From contig FLMG01001623.1 of NCBI GenBank assembly GCA_900088475.1, positions 62,001-126,000 of the forward strand: a stretch of DNA of 64,000 nt, given 5' to 3'. The notes beneath the pieces were generated by a model. That model was not told where the DNA came from. It saw nothing but the letters and a program-made list of their open reading frames with translations, and did no database searches. The translations under genes were made by a program, and so were the position numbers. How positions within the stretch are numbered: position 1 is the first letter of the stretch; each line of letters starts with the position of its first letter. Origin of the DNA: Hyphochytrium catenoides. Its lineage: Eukaryota > Protista > Hyphochytriomycota. Shown piece after piece: positions 23,391-33,480 of this stretch.

Positions 23391-26300
23391 AATGATGGGC
23401 TCCTTATAGTCTAGGCGTCCAATTCAGCCGTGAATCGCCAGATAAGTACCCTACCTTCCGCTTCTCGTGACCGCTAGGTCGGCTGCAGAGGAGGATGGCC
23501 TCAAGCGAAAGCTAGCCTTTACACTGACCGATTCTATCGCAGCCCGAAGCCCAGTCATATGCGGACCTAGGCAGTAGAAGGAAAGCTACGCTTATGTGAT
23601 CAGTCCACTACGCAGACATCTGGACCTGCAGTTGCTGAGAGATGGTGAACCTAGGTCTGCAAAATGTAATTGTCGCCAGTGTTGGAAATGAAGCTTGGCG
23701 TAGTGTCGCTCCGTCCTAGTCCTCTTGACTGCTTTTCCGCGCCACTGTGGTGGGCTGCTGGGAGGTAAACTAGGCTTCATTAAACATGGCAGCGTCAAAT
23801 CAGTCTCTCACATGACAAAACCCGCCTTTCGTTTTGCTTGTTCTGTTCTGGTCGGTTCCGCTCCAGATCTTAGCAGCTAGACCACAGGTGCTCTCTAGAA
23901 ACAAATCTTACTATTCGGCACTGCAGAACCAGACTAAGGAATCGGCTGCCCGGGTAGAATAATATAAGATTCCTCGAGGTTTCAAGAGGAGGCATTGTAC
24001 AAGAGGAGGCATTGTAGAGTCCACTTCTTCTCGGTTTCGGCGCTCTTAGAATTACATCCTCGCGTTGCCCTATAATCATGAGCCCAGGCGGTGCCGAACT
24101 TTTCTTGTTGGAGCTCTTGTTGGTCCCCATATCAGGGGCCCACAGCGCACTGGAGGCCTTCATGGCATGGGACCCACGATAACAGTGATAGAACGATACC
24201 ACTATAGTGGCCGGGCCGGGCGTTCTACGAGCCGGAGATTCCTCGCATCGTTATGAAATTCTTAATAACACTGTCGGCAGACTCGTGCTTATGATGTTAT
24301 TAGAACCCTTTGTTAGGGATTCTATGGCACCGACACTCCTAGTCACCAGTCTCGTCTCCGCCTACTACAGTCTCTCATAATGTGTCTTTCAGGCTCCTTG
24401 AATTTTAGCTTTTTTGTATGCATAGTTCTGCGGCAATAGCTACCACGTAGTACTACTCAGAAGAAGGACAAGAAGAAGACGGAGAAAGGAGAAGAATAAA
24501 ATTTGTTGCTTATTATTACATATCTACCTACACCTTAACGTCAACTCGGTGACAAAATGTAAGGCGATGCACACGTAGTTCTACAGACTCAAACCCTGGA
24601 CTGTGGCAAACTCCAAACACCTCGAGGTTGCCTGGATCCTATCACCTTGCTTAATTATAGTAGCTATAAAAGAACTTGTCCTGTCTCTTTTCGACCAAGA
24701 TAAATAGGCACGTGCAGCTAGCTACGTAGTGATACGGTCGGTACTCTTACTACCGCATCTCCCGTCGACTCTAGATAAAACAGTTGTACTCATGGGGCGT
24801 TCGACTGTAATAAATTTAGGCTTCCCTTCAATAACATCACGCTTTGGGTAGAAAGGACTAGTTCTACAGTAGTGTATAGCCAGTGTGAAGTGCTTTGTAC
24901 TTGGATTGGCATAGCATTGGGTATGATGGCATGCAGGCTAAGCACGCTGACTTCATCAGTGACCAGGGCAATTGATCCCGTTCCAAGCATTAGAAAAATA
25001 GTTCTAAAAAGAAGGATGTACACATTGTATTGAGAAAGGAGGAGAGAAGCGCCGACGGTTTGGGTGGAGAGTGGAGTGAAGGAGAGAGGCAAGAGCATGT
25101 GGTTCGTTCTACCGCTTTGTCCGTGACTAAAATAATAAGAGGAAGCAGAGAGGTGGGATGCAGGATGACGGTGGATAGTAGAAGTCGGTGGCGACAGAAC
25201 CTCTGGAGATGTAGAACTCTACTGGCTTTTTTTTGGCCGAGACGATACGTCGGACCTTGCATAGGACATAGGACATAGGACATAGCGTCAGCCCACCAAG
25301 AGACATGGGGCAGGGTCCAGCTGAAGATGCGGTGTATTTGTTGTCTCGCCGTACTACTTGTAATGCTGCGTGGCTTCGATTGGCTTCAGCACGGAGCAGC
25401 ATTGAATGAAACTAGAGACTATCAATCCTTTGGGAACTGTCTGTTTATTGGTTGGACACGAAGAAATAAAAAAATTATCGGCCTCATCGAAGGAGTTTTC
25501 TCTTACTCATGTTTCTCTGTAGCGAAAGGGGATGCATCGGGTTCTAGAGTAGCCAAGATGAGCTCTCTAACATGTTGTTACTTCCTCTCACTGTATCTTC
25601 TTCAGTGGGCTCAATAAGAAACAGTCCGTGATAGTTGTCCAGAGTTCCAGTGTACACTGAAAGTGCTCTTGTACGGGGATGCCGCGCAGAGGTAGGAGTT
25701 GCGACCGCTGAGTGAGGTACTTTCAAACTGGATGCACAACAGGTAGAGGATGACGGCCAAAATTCCCCGTCCTCCAGGCAGGTACAGAAGTATTTTAGGA
25801 TCGGAGCACCTGCTGGTATCGTGGCGATAACCTAGGAACTGACGGACCGACTGCCGTGACGTGATGAGAAAGCCAAGTGCTTGATGCAGTAGGCTCGACT
25901 GCGGCAAAAATTATCTTAGGCAGTGCCTCCCTCCATGCGTCATACTAAGTCATGGGTCTTTGAGGGTCTAATCCCTCCACCAGTAGTCCTTGAAGCAGAT
26001 AGTAGACTCTCTCATCGTTTGAAAAAGTCCTAACAACATGGATATGGCTAAGCTCATTGTAGAGAGGAAGCAGTTCTTAGCATAACAGTCCTTCATGGCT
26101 CGATATTTGAGCTTCGGCCTCAACGCTGCTTCACCAGATCATCCCCAAGCCACTATCTCGAGCTAATGCAGCTGCTTGAGCAGCAGGCAAGCACTGTGTA
26201 GCCGTTCCCTACCCCTCCCTCATCACTCTGTTAAATATCGAATGTACTCTCCCATAAGGACTCAATAAGCATAGTACTTAATCCTGCCTGCTTCTGGCCC

Positions 26301-26454
26301 ACTGTTATTATCACCATTGTGCTATGAGTCTCACCCCAAGGCTTGAATCGCTATCTACTCTGTCTTTCACGTCTAGATACTCCTATTTTACAGGACATGT
26401 TCATAGCGTCTTGCTAGCATCTGCACAAGGTCCTTATATTGCACCCTGATGCGG

Positions 26455-29400
26455 CTACTCATTGTCGTTGTGATGTACCACTTGCTTCGGGTTCAGAATT
26501 AGCTGCATGCCTTGCCGTTCAAGACAATTGTGAAAGGCTCTGATGCCGGCAGACTCACATTGCTCAGCAGCGACGTCCTTGCCTTCCCGAGCCACTCCAT
26601 AATGGCAATCTTGTTTCACAGCAGCCGAATTATAAATAGAGAGCCCTCCGTAGCAAGAGCTAACGGACAGAGGAAGATCGTCACTGTCAACAAATGTGTA
26701 CTGGAGAACACTGCGACCTCTTGAGTCCCGGATGAGCTTGGACTCGAAAGTTTCGACATCTGCGAAGGACATTGGGTTGCTCTTGGTGATGGGGTTTGCG
26801 CAGGATACATCCCAGCTGATAAATTTCTTGGCAAGGAGAGAATAGGGCATTGGAGAAGAAAAAGCTGTTCTGCTACGGAGTCCAAAGGAATGCGCCACGC
26901 CATCGGTATCCCAGCCCAGATGGAGATCAGACTCTAGAAGTATAAGGAACGAGGCCTCACCCCCATCCTCTCGGGAGAAGGAGAGGTTGCCTGCCGTGGT
27001 AAACAGCCCGCGGACTTTCGTCAACAGATAATCACGCAGGAACAAGGTGTTGCTCGCTGCAGCAGAACAACCTATGGAACTGTTCCCATCGGCTTGAGGG
27101 ACTGAGACATAGTGCTTCATGTCCTGGAAACCATCATTTGCTTTCTTTCGCCACTGCTCAAGGACCTGAAGCTCTGGGTCTGCACCGTCCTGGGTCACGG
27201 TGACAATGGTAACGTTTCGGAATAACCTGCCGAGGCTAGCAATATGAGGTAAGGTGTGCTTGAATCGAAAGGCAGTGTCTCTCCGAATCACGGTTCCGAT
27301 AATAACTCTAGATCTCTGCATAAGTTTGTACCCGCGATCAACGACGTCATTGACATCTGAGCCGATCTGATCTGGCCGCTTTAATACCGGATACTCTGCA
27401 GCTGGCAAGTCATCAGAGCCAATGAAGTTGACTTCTTGCAGGGAAGGACCAAGGTTCGGTGCCTGACGCACTAAAAGGCTGTAGCCTTCTCTGGTCCATT
27501 CAAGAAGGTAGCGTTCTATAGTCATTGCAGGCGAAGAGTGGTTCCGAAATGACTGGACCTTAACTGAGCCCTGTATGCGATAGCAACTTGATCCTGCTGG
27601 GTAGTTCTCCACCATCATCATTCCTTCTCCTGTGTGCTGCTGAAGGTACTCCCAAATGTATGTACGGCCTTCCTGTCTACTTAGCTTGGCCATGTTCCGA
27701 TGGAGGAAAATAATCTCACCGTAAGGATCGTGCTGTACCATCGTCATGCCGCAATAGTAGCTCTCAAAGCCCGCTCCTCTCACCCTAGATACTACTCTGC
27801 CGGCAGTCCCAGCAGGCTTAGAGATCATATAAAAGGACTGGCCCCATTTCATCCAAGCAAAGCGGAAGAGATCCTTGTCTCCCCAAAGAAAAAGTTTGAG
27901 CACCGCATCATAGTGCTCAACGAAGAAGGCAAGCACTCCAAGGGGTCCTGCGTTTCTGCGTCTGTCAATTACTAGCTGGCCACTTTCTTGCTCGTACCCG
28001 CTATTACTGGTCGAGAGGTTCAGCGCATCCCAGAAAAGTGACGCGCTGTCAAGGCGCGCGAAGAGGCTGTGCTGGACATGCCAGAAATCAGGCCAAAATA
28101 TGGCCCCATGCTTCTTGTACTGAGAGGTATGGAAGAGGTAGGTGGGATCCCGCAGTGGGTAGTTATCAGCATCAAGAAGTAAGACCTGGTCAAACCTCGA
28201 GTGGATAACTGCGTATGGTTTAATCATGAAACCCGTTTGGAGCGCAGGTGAAAGGTGGGCCTGCCGTAGAGTGACGTTGAAGGTGGACGTTAGGATCTTC
28301 AGAGGAACAGAGTCGGTCTCCATTTCTCCTTGTCTGTACCAAAGCTCTACCGGCAGTTTGCACCCTGTCTGCTGGAGAAGCTTTAGAAGGCTGTAAGCCT
28401 CGATCCAGATTTTGTCATGCACGCAGATGACAATCCCACGGCTAGATCTACCTTTCTGTTCTCGGTATAAAGCCTTAAAGCTTTTGACGGGTGGCAGCTG
28501 CTGTTGCAATCGTTGGACATGGCCGTCCAGTTCCCTTTGAAACTGCACGATATCGGGCACAGCCTTGCATGCAAATGGTGCGATGAAGGTCCTGCAATCT
28601 TTGAGCATCAAGGCGAAGTGCTCTCCAGAAGCCTTGTCACGATACTCACAAAATCCAGAGTCAGCTTGCGGCACCAGATAGGTGCAGTCTCTGTCAGATT
28701 CCAACAACCGCTTCCCCATAGGGTCACAGGAAGCTGTAGGTCTCCAACCGAGGCATTCCCACTGGCTCTGCTCTAGAAAAGAAACCATTTCCTCCCAGTT
28801 GACCAGCAAAGAGAAGTTTCTTTGAAACCATTGTAGGGTCTCGTTGCACCTCAAAGGATGACGCCACCTAGTTCCTGCTACGGGAACATGATAGCGGACG
28901 GCCTGTTGAGTATCGTAGAACTCACAAGAGCCGCCAGCCATGAAGGAAAAACTCTCATTGCACAGCCGGTCTTGCCGCGAGGTTAGCAGTCCCCGATTCT
29001 TGCTTCCATTCTCTTGCGCACGGTATCCAACACACTCAATGGAATGTCTCTTCTGAAGGGTCTCTAGCTGATCTCGGGTAGTGATAAGAACAGGCTCTCG
29101 AAGCTGTAGGCCACCGAGGTTATGGCATCGAAAGAGGCTTCTCGGCCTATCGCAAGTATTGGCATGAATCCTAACTCGTTTGTCACTCTTCACGTCCAGA
29201 TACTCGCAGTATCCCCACTGATCTCCTCGAATAAAAGTGCCGCAACCTCTGTTCCCTGACAGAACGTGTCTCCCTTCATGAGGATCGCAACTGTCCAACC
29301 CTCTCCAACCGATACATTGAAGGCTGCCCCAGTCGAAAGCAGCAGGAACCTGTTCCAGATCCTGCCAGACAACCGCATCCCGGCCAAGGACCTCTAGAAG

Positions 29401-30579
29401 ATCCCTGCAGGTGTACTCTCCAACAGTACTTTCGCAACCGGTGATCTCAGGGATGAGAGCCTTGACAAGTCTGCTATTTTGAAGATTAGTGTACTCGCAA
29501 TATCCCGCAATATCCTTTGACGTTGCTATCACATCCGAGCAGCCCAAGTCTCTACTGAGCACTCGCGGGCCGTCCGGATCACAGTCCATAGTCGCCCGCC
29601 AGCCCCTACACTGCAGATTGGGCCAGAGACGCTGGAGCTCAGATGCACTGTTAACGACCTCATAGGCAGCCTCGTCTAGCAGCGAGACGAGGCTGTCGCA
29701 GCGGACCTCTCCCTCTACACTGTCACATCCTCGGCTGAACGCACGAAATCGATGATCTGACGTCTTGTTCCTGAACTCACAAAATCCTGATGACCATGCG
29801 CGAGTTACCTGGTGACATGCTAGATCCTTGGAGGCGTCTCGATCCCCGTTGGCCTCGCAGTTGACGGTACCTCGCCACCCTACGCATTCGATGTCGGGGC
29901 TCTGCACCAGTGCACGCAGGTCTTCTAGCGTCTCAACAGGGGTGTACATGTCCTCCTCCGCGAGAATGTAGAGGAGATCTTGGCAGCGGAAGCGTCCTTC
30001 TAACCCCTTTTGAGGACAGCCGTCATCCAGTAGATAGCGGTAGATTGTTCCATCTTGCTGGCTCTGGAACTCACAGTAGCCAGCTAAGGCACGGCTCACA
30101 GCATGGGTACAGTCCCGGGGCAGCCCCTGCGACGTCTTTGGGCGTCCCATTGCAACTCTGTGTGGTCTATCTGCGCTAATCTGCTCACAAGAGACAGGCA
30201 TCCAACCAATGCAAAGGAACTTCTCATTCCGACGCCGTTGGCCCTTGTCTCCGACCATGTACCACAGGTCCCGGAGCTCTGTTGGAGACGAGAGTTCCTG
30301 AATGCTGACTGCTGGGAGACTTAGGAGTGAAAGGGTGGTCGGAGAGGAAGTACTAAGGAGCCAGGTTAGCGTAAGAAGAGATAGGGAGAGGAACAGAAGG
30401 AGAAGTGTCACAGCTGTCCAATGCCTCTTGAGTCGGAACCTAGGCACTCCATTGATAACGCCGTGGTCTTTTGCATATTCCTGTCCTTCTCTGCCTCTTC
30501 CTTCTCCGCGTTCAAAGTCAGGCGCTTCCCCAGAAGAAGGGTGCAGCCCTCGCGTACGAAAGCGGTTATAGTTCTTCAT
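26455..30579 (-). CDS. Type II membrane GT71 (MNN2/Mannosyl_trans3) alpha-mannosyltransferase with six Cys-rich modules and a C-terminal CAP59/GT69-like domain, intronless
   Basis: 1374-aa ORF with a TM segment near aa 55-77, RGIVI, GCKLPVELWY, GFMIKPYAVIHSRFDQVLLLDADNYPLRDPTYLF, GAIFWPDFW, EQESGQLVID, WGDKDLFRFAW, GMTMVQHDPYGEIIFLHRN. Confidence 0.92.
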   Translation of the reverse strand: MKNYNRFRTRGLHPSSGEAPDFERGEGRGREGQEYAKDHGVINGVPRFRLKRHWTAVTLLLLFLSLSLLTLTWLLSTSSPTTLSLLSLPAVSIQELSSPTELRDLWYMVGDKGQRRRNEKFLCIGWMPVSCEQISADRPHRVAMGRPKTSQGLPRDCTHAVSRALAGYCEFQSQQDGTIYRYLLDDGCPQKGLEGRFRCQDLLYILAEEDMYTPVETLEDLRALVQSPDIECVGWRGTVNCEANGDRDASKDLACHQVTRAWSSGFCEFRNKTSDHRFRAFSRGCDSVEGEVRCDSLVSLLDEAAYEVVNSASELQRLWPNLQCRGWRATMDCDPDGPRVLSRDLGCSDVIATSKDIAGYCEYTNLQNSRLVKALIPEITGCESTVGEYTCRDLLEVLGRDAVVWQDLEQVPAAFDWGSLQCIGWRGLDSCDPHEGRHVLSGNRGCGTFIRGDQWGYCEYLDVKSDKRVRIHANTCDRPRSLFRCHNLGGLQLREPVLITTRDQLETLQKRHSIECVGYRAQENGSKNRGLLTSRQDRLCNESFSFMAGGSCEFYDTQQAVRYHVPVAGTRWRHPLRCNETLQWFQRNFSLLVNWEEMVSFLEQSQWECLGWRPTASCDPMGKRLLESDRDCTYLVPQADSGFCEYRDKASGEHFALMLKDCRTFIAPFACKAVPDIVQFQRELDGHVQRLQQQLPPVKSFKALYREQKGRSSRGIVICVHDKIWIEAYSLLKLLQQTGCKLPVELWYRQGEMETDSVPLKILTSTFNVTLRQAHLSPALQTGFMIKPYAVIHSRFDQVLLLDADNYPLRDPTYLFHTSQYKKHGAIFWPDFWHVQHSLFARLDSASLFWDALNLSTSNSGYEQESGQLVIDRRRNAGPLGVLAFFVEHYDAVLKLFLWGDKDLFRFAWMKWGQSFYMISKPAGTAGRVVSRVRGAGFESYYCGMTMVQHDPYGEIIFLHRNMAKLSRQEGRTYIWEYLQQHTGEGMMMVENYPAGSSCYRIQGSVKVQSFRNHSSPAMTIERYLLEWTREGYSLLVRQAPNLGPSLQEVNFIGSDDLPAAEYPVLKRPDQIGSDVNDVVDRGYKLMQRSRVIIGTVIRRDTAFRFKHTLPHIASLGRLFRNVTIVTVTQDGADPELQVLEQWRKKANDGFQDMKHYVSVPQADGNSSIGCSAAASNTLFLRDYLLTKVRGLFTTAGNLSFSREDGGEASFLILLESDLHLGWDTDGVAHSFGLRSRTAFSSPMPYSLLAKKFISWDVSCANPITKSNPMSFADVETFESKLIRDSRGRSVLQYTFVDSDDLPLSVSSCYGGLSIYNSAAVKQDCHYGVAREGKDVAAEQCESAGIRAFHNCLERQGMQLILNPKQVVHHNDNE

Positions 30580-33211
30580 AGGAAGGTTATGCAGAGGTTT
30601 AGGCAGTCCTTCGGATCAACTCCGCCTAGCATGAGCAGCGTATTCCTCTCATACCCCAATCGTTTGACAGAATGTATTTATTCAATAGCCTCCTCATCCA
30701 GCTAGGAGCTGGCATCAGCAATAAAGGAGGCGCAGGAGCTCCATCGCTTCCAATAGGAGGGCATCGCGGGCGCGTTGACAACGCTCTAGCATTCTCTGCA
30801 CCATTCCTTGTCTCCCACCCCGTAGTGTATGAAGACCCACCATCTTCTGTTCCTCTTCTCTTTATAATCTCAACCTCTACCCTTGTCTTCGCGTCTCTCA
30901 CTTGCCACTTGGGCCGCTGCTGTTGTCTGCTGGGTCAAAGCAGCGCTGCTGGGGAGGACCACAATGATTATAGCGATTCTTCTTTGTTGTTGATCCGTTG
31001 ATGATGCTTGAAGAGTTGTGGAAACCTACACATCAGAACCCCTGACACACGTTCCGTCGGTAGTCGCCTGTAGACCGCAGCTACATTGTTAAGCCAATCG
31101 CGCAATGTGTCAAGGGCGGTGACTTCCACAACACGAGTTCCATGCCAGCGCCCATCACTTCTTCGTCATGTCGCCTCTGTCCTTAGCTCGTCTTTGTGTG
31201 ATGGCGCTAGTGACGAGATAGGAGAGACAGAGGAAGAGGATGGGCTCGATAGCTGAGGATAGGTTGCTGGCCGAATAGATAGGCCCATGAAGGGCCCAGG
31301 CCGACAGAGCAGTCTCAGCGCTATCTTCCTCTTCAAGACTGGCTAACTCATAGAGTTTAGACGGGCCTTGCCTGGGGCTAACTAAGGCGACTCGACCTTG
31401 GATGGACGAGTTGCTTGCGGCTGTCACGAGCGCTTAGATGAACAATTGAAGCGCCAAGAAAGTGAGAGAACAGGTACAAAGCTACTTGGGTCCCACTAAC
31501 GACTTCGAAGAGGAACAGGACGTCGCGTGTTATCAGCAACTTCATACCCCGCTGGAGGATGCTTGCCTCCTGTTTGTCTGTGTCGCCCAGCAGTAGTGTT
31601 GTGCGACAACCAGTCCGTCTTCAACAATCTCTTCCTTGTGATTCCTCAGCCTCTATTCTTGGCAATGCAAGGCGTAGTGGGCCAGTTTCCTAGTCAGCAT
31701 CGCACTACTCTTAGCTGTGACGGCACTCTGCAATATGTTGCTCCCGCTCTTTCGATCCTACTACTGAGCTAGCTACGTATCCTAGATTCACTTATTAGTA
31801 CGTGAGGTGAACAGCCCCTGCAGCTGCGACATGTATGGAGTGGACGACGGTGAATAATAGCGCTGCTGTAGACTATCAGCAGCGTAGACTAACTCCCCGC
31901 TTGCGCCCGGGGGCATATCAATGCTTGAAGGATCTAGGGAGTCAAAGATGAGCTGACACGAAGAAGGAAGCTGGGCTTCTTCATTTCGTTTGCAGTGGTT
32001 TACTCGTTCTCTATATCGTGGCTAGTAGTGAGCTCAACGAAGAAACGGTCACGTTCCCTCGATCTAGACACCCCATCGGCGGCTGCGACCAGGAGTCCTT
32101 TATGCTCTTTGTACGCGTCTGCGAGATCATTCAGTGCCCTCTCCTAGGAATGATATCTTCCGGCATATTTTCTAAATCTAATAACAGCCTTCTGCCGGAA
32201 CGCCAAGAGTATAAGTAGCACGATATTATCCATATTATGGTAGGGGACGGCTTAACGTCGCAATGGAGTACCAAGATTAGGCGGTCACACGCTAACTACA
32301 CCAGCTATACAAATGACAACTATGACCTGCTCTCTTGCTCTGTGGCTGAACCTGGTTTGTTGGCGATGTGCCAATACATGCTGCACTGTACTAGCGTCCT
32401 AACAACTCAGATGCCAGGAAGTAATAGCCTTGGATCTCATCTAGGGTCTGGCATGGCCCTTCATCAGGTGGAGGCGCCAGGTTGGAGACAGTGCTAACCA
32501 ACGTTATAAGAAAGAAGCATCAATAAATCCAAGTGACGGAGACTCTATCACAAATGAAGGCCCATAGAATGCTACTGCTTTGTTCCCATGTCGTTGCTAA
32601 GGCGAAACAGGACGAAGTTAGAGCCAGCAGTAAGTGCCTCTACTACTCTAAAGAGATGCAGCTAGCCGCTAGCTACCTCGAGCTGCCTGCAGCTCTCCCT
32701 GCTGCCTGCTCCTTGTTGTTGCTGGTGGGATCTGTTCTGCATCTAGTCACGCACGGAGAAGGAGGAGCACCAGCCAGCAGGATAACAGCTGTGAACCTAT
32801 CCCTTGACCTTTGACTTCTTCCTGTGAGTGAGTGCCAAGAGTTACCAAACTCCACAATATGGGTAACCTGGATAAGCTTAGCGTACGTCTTTGAAACAAG
32901 ACCCATGACCATTATGGATAAATGGTTCACAGGTGCTGTGACCTTTGGGTGAGGAAACGTACGGCATATTACTAGCGAAGACGGGTAATTCGTAGTGGTT
33001 AATGTGGCTCATTATTACTGATGAGGGAAGATGGGGACGGCGGTTGCTACTTTTTGCGAGACGAAGAGCGCGCTTCCGTTACCTACCCCACGGCCTTCTT
33101 GAGACGCCGTCATTGCCAATTTTCTCCGCAGCAGCAGCTCCTGCAGACTCAGAGTTATTGAGGCTAGCTCCAGCTCCAGATAGAGCAACTTAATATCAAC
33201 AACCAGGAAGA

Positions 33212-33480
33212 ATGTCAGAAGTACAGGCTCTAGCAGCAGAAGTCCAGAAGGCAAAGGACGAGCTGGCAAAGCTCCAAGGAAGCATCAGTGTGAAGGAGTC
33301 TATGGAAGCGTAAGTTTTACAGGTGCCGCATGGTTCCAAAAGACAGGCTACTAAGCTTGCTTGGTACGTAGATACTTCAAGCAAGTAAATGAGAAGGTTG
33401 ACCCGCTCAACGAAGGCTACAAAGAGGAGAACCCTTGGACAAAGGGTCAGGGAGGAGGAAGCAGCTGTATCATTATGTGA
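33212..33480 (+). CDS. Heterotrimeric G-protein gamma subunit (68 aa, 2 exons)
   Basis: Exons 33212-33309 and 33372-33480 give MSEVQALAAEVQKAKDELAKLQGSISVKESMEAYFKQVNEKVDPLNEGYKEENPWTKGQGGGSSCIIM*: coiled coil, DPL, ENPW and a CaaX box. Confidence 0.88.

Noticed and set aside
25260-25285. 7-bp tandem repeats (CATAGGA x3.7; also CTGACTA at 21542-21560, CCTGATG at 35560-35581, GCCTTGA near 52722-52738)
   Set aside because: Units are unrelated and only 2-4 copies long with no spacers. They are consistent with slippage, not a CRISPR or telomeric array.
1933-30579. GT32, GT71 and GT69-like domains as a mannan biosynthesis gene cluster
   Set aside because: The two genes are about 23 kb apart and separated by unrelated housekeeping genes.
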